This document shows, piece after piece, positions 26,733 to 35,908 of a DNA stretch of 57,011 bases. Under the pieces are notes generated by a model. That model was not told where the DNA came from. It ran no database searches and saw nothing but the letters and a program-made list of their open reading frames with translations. Source of the stretch: a virus. Its lineage: Duplodnaviria > Heunggongvirae > Uroviricota > Caudoviricetes. The DNA is taken from positions 248,333 to 305,343 of the IMG/VR virus record IMGVR_UViG_3300028260_000001; one strand, given 5' to 3'. The stretch's first letter is position 1; every line of letters starts with the position of its first letter. The translations under genes were made by a program, and so were the position numbers.

Positions 26733-27983
26733 ATGTACACTCTAGTACGTTCTCGCTATCGAGCCGATAGACGTAGTGGCCGATGGCAAGAAGCTGACCT
26801 CAGCAATGAAATCGTAACTACGTTGTCAACCACATTCGGTGATGTGATTCTTTACATCCAATACGGTGGTTCTGGTGCTACGCAAACGAAAGCACTCAAG
26901 TTTGACAATGTGACTACTTGGATGAATAACGTTGATCCAACTTTCACTGTTCAGCAATGGTTAACTTCAATCGGTAATCGGACATTGCCATTCGAAGCCA
27001 AACTACCCAATGAAAAAGAAAGACTAGTTCGTTATGCACAAGCATGGCACGCTGGTTACGTACTCCAACCAAAAGGTCGCAACTCCAGTGTAAACTCAAC
27101 GGCTTCTAAGTTCACCAAAGAAGACCTGTTGATGACACACCCTACACATTCGTATGCTGACTACGATAAGTATTGCCTAACCACAGTGAATGGATATTTC
27201 CACATCACTGACTACACTTCTAATGGTGTACGTATTTGGGATGGCAACAAATCTGTACGTCGAGCAAATAACAATCAGATCGGTGTCTATTCATTCGAAA
27301 CGATTGGTACTATCCAGAAAGTACCGATTACTGAAGCGATGGTTAAACCACAGTCCCCAGGGGCACCATTGAATGATGCTGCATATATCACCATGCCTAG
27401 CAACATCAACATTACTAACAAAACTGTACTGTTGGTGATTGGCGGTTATCTACATGTGATGGGTAAAGTCTATAAGCCTGTAGGTGATAGGACATGGCGT
27501 ATTGAAGTGGGAGCTTCGATGTTCTTGGATCGGTATATTCAATCGGTTAAAGAACTCGATATGGATGCACTGGGTCTTACGGTTGATCCTAAGAATCCTA
27601 CGTTGATGTCATTAGCACAGATGCGTTCTGATGAGACCGTAATGAAATATCTTACGATGTCTCAATCGTTCTTTGTGATTGTCAATACTCCTTCGTTCTT
27701 CCAGGACTATGAACCAATCGAGTGGTTGCGTCTACCAGGTCGGTTCATTGATCCTAGTGGCGATCACTTACCGATCGTTGGTGCGTATGGTCGAATGTTA
27801 GACTATCACACGATCCATGAAGTTGATACGTATGTCTACGCAGGTACAGAGAACAAACGTTACGACTACGATGCAGTACATCGAAAGAACTGGACAGCTA
27901 AAGCTATCGTAGATGGTGGTCGTTACCCAGCACATCCATTCAAACACGATGAAGCATTCTTCCGTATCCTTGGTACCAATTGA
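26733..27983 (+). CDS. Virion structural protein (gp130-like)
   Basis: GGAGG RBS; 416 aa; CL.TVNGYFH and LVIGGYLH; synteny. Confidence 0.7.
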   Translation: MYTLVRSRYRADRRSGRWQEADLSNEIVTTLSTTFGDVILYIQYGGSGATQTKALKFDNVTTWMNNVDPTFTVQQWLTSIGNRTLPFEAKLPNEKERLVRYAQAWHAGYVLQPKGRNSSVNSTASKFTKEDLLMTHPTHSYADYDKYCLTTVNGYFHITDYTSNGVRIWDGNKSVRRANNNQIGVYSFETIGTIQKVPITEAMVKPQSPGAPLNDAAYITMPSNINITNKTVLLVIGGYLHVMGKVYKPVGDRTWRIEVGASMFLDRYIQSVKELDMDALGLTVDPKNPTLMSLAQMRSDETVMKYLTMSQSFFVIVNTPSFFQDYEPIEWLRLPGRFIDPSGDHLPIVGAYGRMLDYHTIHEVDTYVYAGTENKRYDYDAVHRKNWTAKAIVDGGRYPAHPFKHDEAFFRILGTN

Positions 27984-27984
27984 T

Positions 27985-28025
27985 GGCATAAAGCCTTCCC
28001 CAACGGGAAGGCTAATATGTCGTTA
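27985..28025. terminator. Bidirectional terminator
   Basis: GGCATAA-AGCCTTCCC-CAAC-GGGAAGGCT-AATATGTCGTTA between convergent genes. Confidence 0.85.
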
Positions 28026-30746
28026 GAGCTGTTCTTCGTCTTCGTCGGTTTCTTCATCAGCTGCCGCTGCACCGGTTGGGTCATCCAATCCAGTTGTATC
28101 AGCTGCCGAGTCTTCATCCAATGCTGGTTCATCAGTAGGTGCGTCGAGATCCATGCCATCGCCACCGGTGTCACCACCCATGTCTCCGCCGAATTCATCT
28201 CCACCCATACCACCATCATCTCCGAAGCTATCACCACCCATGCCGTCGTCTCCACCGCCGTCATCAGAACCGAATTCACCCCCGCCTCCAAAGTCACCAC
28301 CTCCACCGCCACCAGATTCTTCGATGAGTTTACGGAACTCACGAGCGAACTCAGATTTGGTTTTGGTTTCGTGTTCAATGAACTCCATGAATGCACGACC
28401 CATTGTGGATTGAGCAGTAGCCATGTAGTCCAGCAACGAGAACGCTGGTTTGTCGCCATCCATTTCCAACAGCACCCCGAGTTCAGGCATGACGTTGTTG
28501 TTTGACAACCACTGACGTTTGAAGTATGCCTTAACATGGTTCAAGATCTTATCAGCAACACCAGACATACCCAGTACTTCATCAGGGAACAGGTCAGGTG
28601 TAATGTAAGCTTCCAGTGCGGTATCCAACAGATCCGAGTACGCACGATACGATTCAGATTGACGTTCATGTTGGGTGTTGTCAGGAGCCGGTAGGGCTAC
28701 TTCCAATGCGCCAATGAAATCATCAATGATGTCATCGATCGGTTGTTCTACTTGTTCAGGCGACAACATCTTACGGTTCTTGATGATAGCCTTAGCCATC
28801 TTCTGACGCAGTACCGAAGAGTGGTGCGTGTAAGTACGGATGAACTTCTGTAGGAACTCAGTGAATGCTTTCTGATAAGCACGAACACGGCGAGAGAACA
28901 CCAAGTCGTTTTGCGTTGCAGTTGTAGCGAAGTCTGGAGAAGACATCGGGTCAACTTTCTCAGGGTGGACACCCATACCCGAGATGTGCATACGACGCAG
29001 ACGGTCCTGAAGCTCAGGGTTACCTGCTTGTTGGTTAGTGTTATAGTCGTCGTACTCTACTTTGGTCTCAGCATAGTCCGCACCGTTCACGTTAATCGCG
29101 AAGTCGAAACCTGAACGGATCAGGTGATCCATTGCTTGAGTTGGATCGGGTGCAGCCAATGGGAACGAACGGTGCGCTTGTTCCATAATGCTGGACTGAA
29201 TGTTCGAGATGGTTTGTTCAGCATCTGGATCATCAGGGTCAAGCGTGATGTTAACTTTCTTACGGCCTACGGCGTTACGCATGCCGCCAACGGTGTCAGC
29301 CATCAGCAGAGTCGAACGCATGGTAGCGATCATCTTCGAACGAGCCAGCAGGGATTCACCCACACCGTTAGAGTTGAAGTTGAACGCCATGTACGTGCAG
29401 AGTTCAGCAGGGATAAACACAAGCTGTGTACACTTCTGTTCCCAGCTACGGAACAGCATGATGCGTTGGATCTCTTCGGACAAACCGATATCGAGTTCTT
29501 GATCGTACTCACCGTTACGGAGACGGTTGTGCAGATCGTTTACGATAATCGAGTTGTAAGTCTTCTGGATCTCATCAACTTCGTAGTCTTGCTTCGAAGC
29601 GTTAGCACCCATAGCTTCACGAGTCAACCGTAGGATCTCGGAGTTACCATCGTTGGTACTGCCCGATTTCCAAGACGACTGCAGTTCGCCGTAGAAGTCA
29701 CGAGTCGAGTCTTTCGATACTGGATAACCATTCTGGTCAACCAACAGGAAATAGCCAACGTGTTCGTTAGGACGACCCTGCATGAATACTGGGATAACTG
29801 CTTCCATTGGTGGGAGCAATGCCAGTGGGTGACCTACAGACTTACGATCCATAAACTGTGGCGACGTTACAACTTGTGCGTGTTCAGTCACACCGTTACG
29901 GTTACGTTGGTAAAGCTTCTCGATGTCAGCGTTAGTGAAGTTGTAGTTCTGTGTTTCTTTCTCCATCTCAGCTTCAAGCGATACACGATGTCGGTTCAGG
30001 CGATCAGCAATACGCATCTCACGAACACGACGTCCCATCACAGGAGACTTGAGGATGTTGAAGTTGTCAGTTACCAGCAGGTTCTTATCCCCACCGATAC
30101 GGTTCGAGTTATCATTGCCTACGTTCCAGTTCTCTAAGGAGATGTTAGAATTAGTAGGATGACCTAAGAAACCGAGTGGTTCGCCTTGAGACATTCGTTT
30201 ACGGAAACCAGAGTAAGCTTCCATGGAAACTTTACGTGTGCCGTTGACGAGATGGTCCAATACGTTTTCTGGTAAGACGATGTGAATCGATGCCCCTTTA
30301 CGGAACATGATTTCTCGAAGCACCAGGTCGAGACGGTCGTTAATCTTATAGTCTCTTTTAAAGTGCTCTTCCACGGGCTCCATCAATAGACGGGCAATTT
30401 CGCTGTCAAACAGAACGGGGTCTACGGACCACGCCAGTTCTGTTTCACCCAGGTCTTTTGGCGAAAGAATGTTGCCGACCATTACGGTCTCAACGAGTTC
30501 TAAGTCTGAGTTAAGCTGCATGATCGCATCGTTGTCAGTAATGTCTTGAGACGTCTGACGTGACACGCGATCCATTGATTGTTTGTTAATACCAACTCGT
30601 GGTTGGTTGACACTTTGTCCCTTTTCGTTTACTGACTTACGCAGTAAATTAATAACCCCGCCAAGCGGCGTTAATGGATTGATGCCTTCTTGTGTTTGTT
30701 CGAACATCGGGTACGTTTTAGTATTACCCGTAGTCTTTCGAGCCAT
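28023..30746 (-). CDS. Portal protein (phiKZ gp129-like)
   Basis: 907 aa; N-terminal S-x-E sites (VSME, ISLE, VSLE); HVGYF.L.D..GYP and FIPAE...Y.AF..N..G.G.SL; acidic Gly-rich tail; synteny. Confidence 0.72.
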   Translation of the reverse strand: MARKTTGNTKTYPMFEQTQEGINPLTPLGGVINLLRKSVNEKGQSVNQPRVGINKQSMDRVSRQTSQDITDNDAIMQLNSDLELVETVMVGNILSPKDLGETELAWSVDPVLFDSEIARLLMEPVEEHFKRDYKINDRLDLVLREIMFRKGASIHIVLPENVLDHLVNGTRKVSMEAYSGFRKRMSQGEPLGFLGHPTNSNISLENWNVGNDNSNRIGGDKNLLVTDNFNILKSPVMGRRVREMRIADRLNRHRVSLEAEMEKETQNYNFTNADIEKLYQRNRNGVTEHAQVVTSPQFMDRKSVGHPLALLPPMEAVIPVFMQGRPNEHVGYFLLVDQNGYPVSKDSTRDFYGELQSSWKSGSTNDGNSEILRLTREAMGANASKQDYEVDEIQKTYNSIIVNDLHNRLRNGEYDQELDIGLSEEIQRIMLFRSWEQKCTQLVFIPAELCTYMAFNFNSNGVGESLLARSKMIATMRSTLLMADTVGGMRNAVGRKKVNITLDPDDPDAEQTISNIQSSIMEQAHRSFPLAAPDPTQAMDHLIRSGFDFAINVNGADYAETKVEYDDYNTNQQAGNPELQDRLRRMHISGMGVHPEKVDPMSSPDFATTATQNDLVFSRRVRAYQKAFTEFLQKFIRTYTHHSSVLRQKMAKAIIKNRKMLSPEQVEQPIDDIIDDFIGALEVALPAPDNTQHERQSESYRAYSDLLDTALEAYITPDLFPDEVLGMSGVADKILNHVKAYFKRQWLSNNNVMPELGVLLEMDGDKPAFSLLDYMATAQSTMGRAFMEFIEHETKTKSEFAREFRKLIEESGGGGGGDFGGGGEFGSDDGGGDDGMGGDSFGDDGGMGGDEFGGDMGGDTGGDGMDLDAPTDEPALDEDSAADTTGLDDPTGAAAADEETDEDEEQL

Positions 30747-30779
30747 GAGAAGCTCCCATTATTCAAGTGAGTAAAAAGC

Positions 30780-32942
30780 ATGAGCAACGTTTATTTCGAA
30801 GTTTACCGAAACGATACAATGCGGTTAGCTCGTACAGTGGTGATTAAGTTTGATGCTGCAGCCACCATTCTGAACGAACGGCTTGCGGAAGAAGGTATCG
30901 TCTCGGACGAGCTTAATCCAAAATCTTGGAAGTACTACATGAACATGGCTGGAGAGTATCACTCTACTGACAGCATGATGCGGGTACGGTCCATGGACAC
31001 GTTGGAAATGATAGACTTCACAAAGGATAATCTAGCAATTCACCGTGCAACTGCCCGCGAATATATCCCAGGCAGCATTTACTACAATAACCTAGTGCGT
31101 CTGTTCCCAGACCAGGTTGGTTTGATCAACGGGATTATCTACCCGATTGATATCGACAAAGCTATTGATTCAAAGGATGGAGAGATTTTGTACTACGATC
31201 CTCAGTATGTCGAGGAGAACGAGGACAACTTCGCTTATGAACTTCAAGATTGGGTAACGTGTTTTTATAACCGTTGGTACAACGAACAGTTCAACATTTC
31301 TGATGATCTCTACTTCGCTGGTTTCCTGGGGTCACTGTACACTCAGCTACCGCTAGCAATTATGTTGATCCGTCTACGGAACGCTAAGACTCGTCGAGCT
31401 AACAGCTTCTTCATTCGTGAATGGCTGGGTTCTAATTCCCGACTAGATGAGTTCATGCCTTACCTAGATAAAGGACAACAGCTTCATCTGTACCGTGACA
31501 TTAACTGGTACGAACGGAACGTTGGTAAAGAATCGACGTGGCAACGTTTGGTGGATAACATTCTTACTCCACGCGGCATTCCACTGATCTGGTATAACAT
31601 CAAGCAGAATGCGTCAGCTATGCCAGGTGCACTAAAGCCTACTGCTGAACTAGTCAAGCTTGACGTTAACTTCCCTATTGTTCACGAAGGGCAAGACAAA
31701 ACAACTGTGGAGCTATTGCTGGAGCGAGAAGATTCACTGGCTCGTGATAACGCCTTGGTTCGTTTCGATGCTGAGAAAGAGATCACTGAGAAGATTGAAT
31801 CGGATCAGTTCTCTACGCTTCCAACTAAAGTCTTAGACTCCGAAGTAATTGACCGCTCTACGTCTTCGGTACGTTCTCACATGAACGTGTTGTTGAACCA
31901 TTGGTTGGATCTATCTGCTCGTGGTAAGTACCGTGCTTATGTGCAGATCCCTAACCCACGTACGGGTGAGCTCATGACCATCTCGGTGAAAGATGCTTTC
32001 ATCATGATGCTGTACGCTTACTCACAAGTGTGGGAATGGGACATGCCAATGATTCCATCGGTTATCGCTTATGAAGTCATGCGTGATAAACTACCAAACT
32101 TGATGGAGCTTCGGAAGTTCGTATCGCCACGGGTCGTAGGAGACAATATCCTGACAGCTATCCAGGACCGTGTTTACCCGATGGGTTCTTATATCTCGAC
32201 TGAGCAGTTCTATCTAGACGCTACTCGTTGCCATAAGTCTTACCTGCGTCTGTGGGAACTGTATTCCTTCCAGGAACATCGCGATGGTCGGGCCATGTGT
32301 GAGAACGCTGTTAAAGCTAACTACATGAACCGTACGTGCCGGTTGGTTAAGGAACCGATCTCGTTTGATGATTACTTCTTGCCGCAAGGTATCGACATTC
32401 GTGGGTTCCGTCAATCGGAATACGAACAGCTGGTAACGGACTGTATTAACATTGCTACGGGTGCAAACCTGTACAAAGTTATCACTCTGGGCGAGATTCA
32501 ACGGGAACTGTTGCGGTTAATGAAACGGTTGTCGTCATACCCCCTCCAGTACCTCCGTAACGTCGCATACACGAACTTCCACGTCATCGGAATGCCATCC
32601 ATTAGGTTAGGTGATTACCGTGCTGAAATGAGCGCATATTTCCGAGCTACGGTTGATGAGGTAAGTGTCCATGCTTACAAGTCCAGTGCTGAACGTACGA
32701 TCAAGATTACTGACAAGATCGTGATGCCTACGATCCGTGAATCGGCTGATGGGAATATCTATCGTAAGATCGACCCTACCGTTTACATGGAAGACTTGTC
32801 GCTTGCTGTATCTAAGGTCAAGACGCGTGTACCACACATTGGTTTGATGAAGGTTACTTTCTCGGTGGATACTCCTGAACCCGATACCAATTACCTCGAT
32901 CATTACCAGAACTCCAACGATCCCAATTACCCAGACATGTAA
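30780..32942 (+). CDS. Virion structural protein (gp128-like)
   Basis: 720 aa, divergent from the portal; WKYYMN.AGEYH..D and S.DT.E.I.F. Confidence 0.7.
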   Translation: MSNVYFEVYRNDTMRLARTVVIKFDAAATILNERLAEEGIVSDELNPKSWKYYMNMAGEYHSTDSMMRVRSMDTLEMIDFTKDNLAIHRATAREYIPGSIYYNNLVRLFPDQVGLINGIIYPIDIDKAIDSKDGEILYYDPQYVEENEDNFAYELQDWVTCFYNRWYNEQFNISDDLYFAGFLGSLYTQLPLAIMLIRLRNAKTRRANSFFIREWLGSNSRLDEFMPYLDKGQQLHLYRDINWYERNVGKESTWQRLVDNILTPRGIPLIWYNIKQNASAMPGALKPTAELVKLDVNFPIVHEGQDKTTVELLLEREDSLARDNALVRFDAEKEITEKIESDQFSTLPTKVLDSEVIDRSTSSVRSHMNVLLNHWLDLSARGKYRAYVQIPNPRTGELMTISVKDAFIMMLYAYSQVWEWDMPMIPSVIAYEVMRDKLPNLMELRKFVSPRVVGDNILTAIQDRVYPMGSYISTEQFYLDATRCHKSYLRLWELYSFQEHRDGRAMCENAVKANYMNRTCRLVKEPISFDDYFLPQGIDIRGFRQSEYEQLVTDCINIATGANLYKVITLGEIQRELLRLMKRLSSYPLQYLRNVAYTNFHVIGMPSIRLGDYRAEMSAYFRATVDEVSVHAYKSSAERTIKITDKIVMPTIRESADGNIYRKIDPTVYMEDLSLAVSKVKTRVPHIGLMKVTFSVDTPEPDTNYLDHYQNSNDPNYPDM

Positions 32943-32951
32943 GGTGATGAG

Positions 32952-33830
32952 ATGTATATCACACAAGACTACCTGAAGGTAGGATCGTGGCAAGCTATCA
33001 TTGACATGATCAATGACAAGTATAACTTCCAACTCCAGCCCGGTATTGTGAAGCTAAAAGAAATGAAGGTCTTGGGTCCCAAAAGGACCCAGATTGAAAT
33101 CATTCCTAATCGGTCTACTAATCCGATTAACTTGATGCCTGAGATCACACAAACCGTTTTCACTTACGATCGACTAAACTGTACGGAGTTCTTCCGTAAT
33201 ACAGTCGCTGTCAATATCAGTGGGTTAAAGCTGCCGGTAACTACGTTCGACATCCTGAACTATATCGGAGAGAAGAACGATATCGTGTTTGAGGTCGATG
33301 ACTTCATTCACCAAACATTCGATCATTACAACGGGATTACAGAGGGCGACTTTGTTATCCAAGCTGATGCTCGTTCGTTACGGTTCGTGGGACATTTGAA
33401 AGTTCGCTTGGTAAACACGTTGAAGTTCAACCTTTCTACGTTAGCCCCGCGTTCATTTGAATTCCCTGATGTTGCACAGAAACATGACATCACGTATATC
33501 AATGGTAACGTAGAACTCAACCGGTTTGACTTTACCGAACAACGTGAACTGTTGCGTCATTTGAAGACTGGGTTGTATCATGATCCTGGGAAAATAGCAC
33601 GAGCGATCAGTCAGCGTACAGGACAACTCTATTCAGTAACCGCTACGCCGTCTACGCGCTCGCTGGTGCATACTTTAGTCAATGGTGAGCCACACTGTAA
33701 GATTCTTTACAACGGCGCACCTATCGGCTTGTGGACGTCGCGGAAGGACTTTAACCGAGTAATCGTAATTGAACTAAACACTGCGTTCTGTACGGGTGTT
33801 AGTGGTTACCTACGAATGCATTACAATTGA
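32952..33830 (+). CDS. Virion structural protein (gp127-like)
   Basis: Operon position; F.YDRL and SLRFVG.L.V motifs, related to 15038..15577. Confidence 0.65.
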   Translation: MYITQDYLKVGSWQAIIDMINDKYNFQLQPGIVKLKEMKVLGPKRTQIEIIPNRSTNPINLMPEITQTVFTYDRLNCTEFFRNTVAVNISGLKLPVTTFDILNYIGEKNDIVFEVDDFIHQTFDHYNGITEGDFVIQADARSLRFVGHLKVRLVNTLKFNLSTLAPRSFEFPDVAQKHDITYINGNVELNRFDFTEQRELLRHLKTGLYHDPGKIARAISQRTGQLYSVTATPSTRSLVHTLVNGEPHCKILYNGAPIGLWTSRKDFNRVIVIELNTAFCTGVSGYLRMHYN

Positions 33831-33837
33831 GGTGACC

Positions 33838-34263
33838 ATGATTAACTACGATGTTAAAACTGCTTTGCTGAATCGATTTAACGAAGCTACGGGTTTGAAT
33901 GTTAAGTTGGCCGATGTTAGTTTTGTTAATGCTGGGGTATGGTTACAAAACCAATGCAATGCTAGAGTAACAATGCAAGCTAAAACCACATCTAACGATT
34001 ACGGTGGCTCAATTGATCTTCTGTATAACCGTTATCGATTGGATCAAACAATTCCCAATGTGGTACTGGGTGGCCCACGTAGTAACTTTGCCACTATTCA
34101 TGATGTCGTGGCATATCTGCATGACGTATATCAACTCCCTGCATACGTTGAAGACTTCAACAACAACGCGATCAGTCCGTCTGCAACGACGGTAGTACTA
34201 ACCCCGAAGATCGATGCACTGGCTTGGTTACCGCCTTCTGGTGTAACCCTTCGTTTCGAATAA
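33838..34263 (+). CDS. Virion structural protein (gp126-like); start corrected to 33838
   Basis: GAGGTG RBS; G.I.L.YNR..L motif. Confidence 0.65.
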   Translation: MINYDVKTALLNRFNEATGLNVKLADVSFVNAGVWLQNQCNARVTMQAKTTSNDYGGSIDLLYNRYRLDQTIPNVVLGGPRSNFATIHDVVAYLHDVYQLPAYVEDFNNNAISPSATTVVLTPKIDALAWLPPSGVTLRFE

Positions 34264-34274
34264 AAAAAAAATAA

Positions 34275-34314
34275 GGCATAGCAGCCACCCCGAAGGGTGG
34301 CCGTTATGTCGTTA
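34275..34314. terminator. Bidirectional terminator
   Basis: GGCATA..GCCACCC-CGAA-GGGTGGC..TTATGTCGTTA with a flanking A-tract. Confidence 0.85.
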
Positions 34315-34770
34315 GTTTACTAACTGTACAACTTTGTTGGGGTCGACTTGTTCAAGCCACACATCGCCTTGTCCTTTGTTATAGGAGACGACTGGGTTCG
34401 TGCGGATGAATTCGTCGAGCTTGTTTAGGTTGACGATACACGTTTGCCAAACAACACTATCAACGTCGGTTCTCTTCAGCGTACGAACACACACGCCTTG
34501 AAAACCTGCACGCTTGTGCTTCAACAGTGCATCATACAACGTGCGACGTTGCTTCAACGGCAACCTGGCTGTCCGAGCCCAGGCTTTGACTACACGCACG
34601 CTCTGCTCAGACAATAGCGGCGTGTACACTGCTCTCAACATGAGTTGTAGAATGGAGCGAAGACGGTTTCTCCTGTCAGCCATCTTCTTGGCAATACGAT
34701 ACTTCCGATTGCCCACCATGTACCCCTCTGCTGAGGCAGATACTTTACGTAGTCTTATCTTACCGGTCAT
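34312..34770 (-). CDS. Basic hypothetical protein
   Basis: ATGA coupling to the upstream gene; ends at a terminator. Confidence 0.65.
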   Translation of the reverse strand: MTGKIRLRKVSASAEGYMVGNRKYRIAKKMADRRNRLRSILQLMLRAVYTPLLSEQSVRVVKAWARTARLPLKQRRTLYDALLKHKRAGFQGVCVRTLKRTDVDSVVWQTCIVNLNKLDEFIRTNPVVSYNKGQGDVWLEQVDPNKVVQLVN

Positions 34771-35489
34771 TCAAACACCACTACGAATTCGTTATCTTTG
34801 AACCCGATCATGCCACGGTCAGCATGGAACAGTTCTACCCCAATTCTTTCGAGTGCTTCGACGAAGTCCTTTTGGAACTTTCCGCCTTTGCGTACTTCAT
34901 AGCGCAGTTGGTCTGCAAGAGCACGATGCGAGAAACGGAAGTACAGAGCCCGTTGCTCAGCCAGCGAGGTATGAGGTTGGATTCTCCAACGTTCATTGCT
35001 TGGCATCATGTCAGCGTAAGACCAATCACGCACGCCTTTCAAATACAGGTCATAGCGAAGCGCGTGTACGTTATACACCACAGCGAGTGGGCCTTTCCCA
35101 CCAGTTGGCAAGTTAGCTGTGTCATCAACAATCTCAATGCGCGGTTGAGCTAGTTGTTCGGATTCTTCAGCGTACGGATTAAATGCCACGTATTGTCCGT
35201 CGTTGTACATGAAGAGATCGCCAGTGGATGTGATTTTGTAAGGAGCATCAGTACGACCTGGTTCAGGCAGATCGTCCATCGAGGCGTAGTGGTAACAACC
35301 ATCTATCAGCTCGGGATGCTTACGAGACGCTACTGCCTCTGGGAAAAGTGGTTCTACGATTTCCTTCATGTAGAACTCATTGTGGTGACGGCAGTTTGCA
35401 TCAGCCATCTGTTGCCAATCTGGATGGTTTGCTTCCATATCCATAACTTGAGCCAGAGCAGTGTCACACAGGTTAACAGTAGCGTTCAT
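34767..35489 (-). CDS. Hypothetical protein
   Basis: AAGGA RBS; 240 aa. Confidence 0.7.
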   Translation of the reverse strand: MNATVNLCDTALAQVMDMEANHPDWQQMADANCRHHNEFYMKEIVEPLFPEAVASRKHPELIDGCYHYASMDDLPEPGRTDAPYKITSTGDLFMYNDGQYVAFNPYAEESEQLAQPRIEIVDDTANLPTGGKGPLAVVYNVHALRYDLYLKGVRDWSYADMMPSNERWRIQPHTSLAEQRALYFRFSHRALADQLRYEVRKGGKFQKDFVEALERIGVELFHADRGMIGFKDNEFVVVFE

Positions 35490-35518
35490 CGTATTGTCCT
35501 TAAATTAGTTTGTTGAGC

Positions 35519-35854
35519 TTATGGAAGTGGTACGAATTCGAGGTATTGAATTGCTGCGTTGACTGGTTTGTTATCGCGATACAGAGAAACAAACACAGGA
35601 CTGATGTGATGGCGGTAATGATCGTCTTCGGTGAAACCATCCAGGTAGTTCAGATCGAAATCGAAACCATCATCCGTGAACACCACGTTAGTGATGTAAG
35701 CTTTAGCCTCACGAGCGGTGTGTGGCTTGGTCGGATCTACATCGATGTAGTTCAGGTAAACCCATGGAGTTGGGTTAGCTTCGAAGAACTTCTGCCAGTC
35801 TGCTTTAACCAGAACCAGATCACGACTGAATATACGGGTGCAATTGCTAACCAT
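35519..35854 (-). CDS. Hypothetical protein; probable start 35854
   Basis: GGAG RBS before ATG GTT AGC. Confidence 0.65.
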   Translation of the reverse strand: MVSNCTRIFSRDLVLVKADWQKFFEANPTPWVYLNYIDVDPTKPHTAREAKAYITNVVFTDDGFDFDLNYLDGFTEDDHYRHHISPVFVSLYRDNKPVNAAIQYLEFVPLP

Positions 35855-35875
35855 TACTAACTCCAAACCGAAATA

Positions 35876-35902
35876 GAACCCTCCCCGAAGGGAGGGCTTT
35901 TT
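35876..35902. terminator. Terminator
   Basis: CCCTCCC-CGAA-GGGAGGG stem (UUCG on the minus strand) after the stop at 35909. Confidence 0.75.
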
Positions 35903-35908
35903 GACGTC

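Noticed and set aside
14251-33830. Genome-wide UGA recoding as the explanation for the MCP extension
   Set aside because: Other TGA-ending genes (15038, 21214, 33830) are followed at once by further stops or by the next gene, so the standard code applies.
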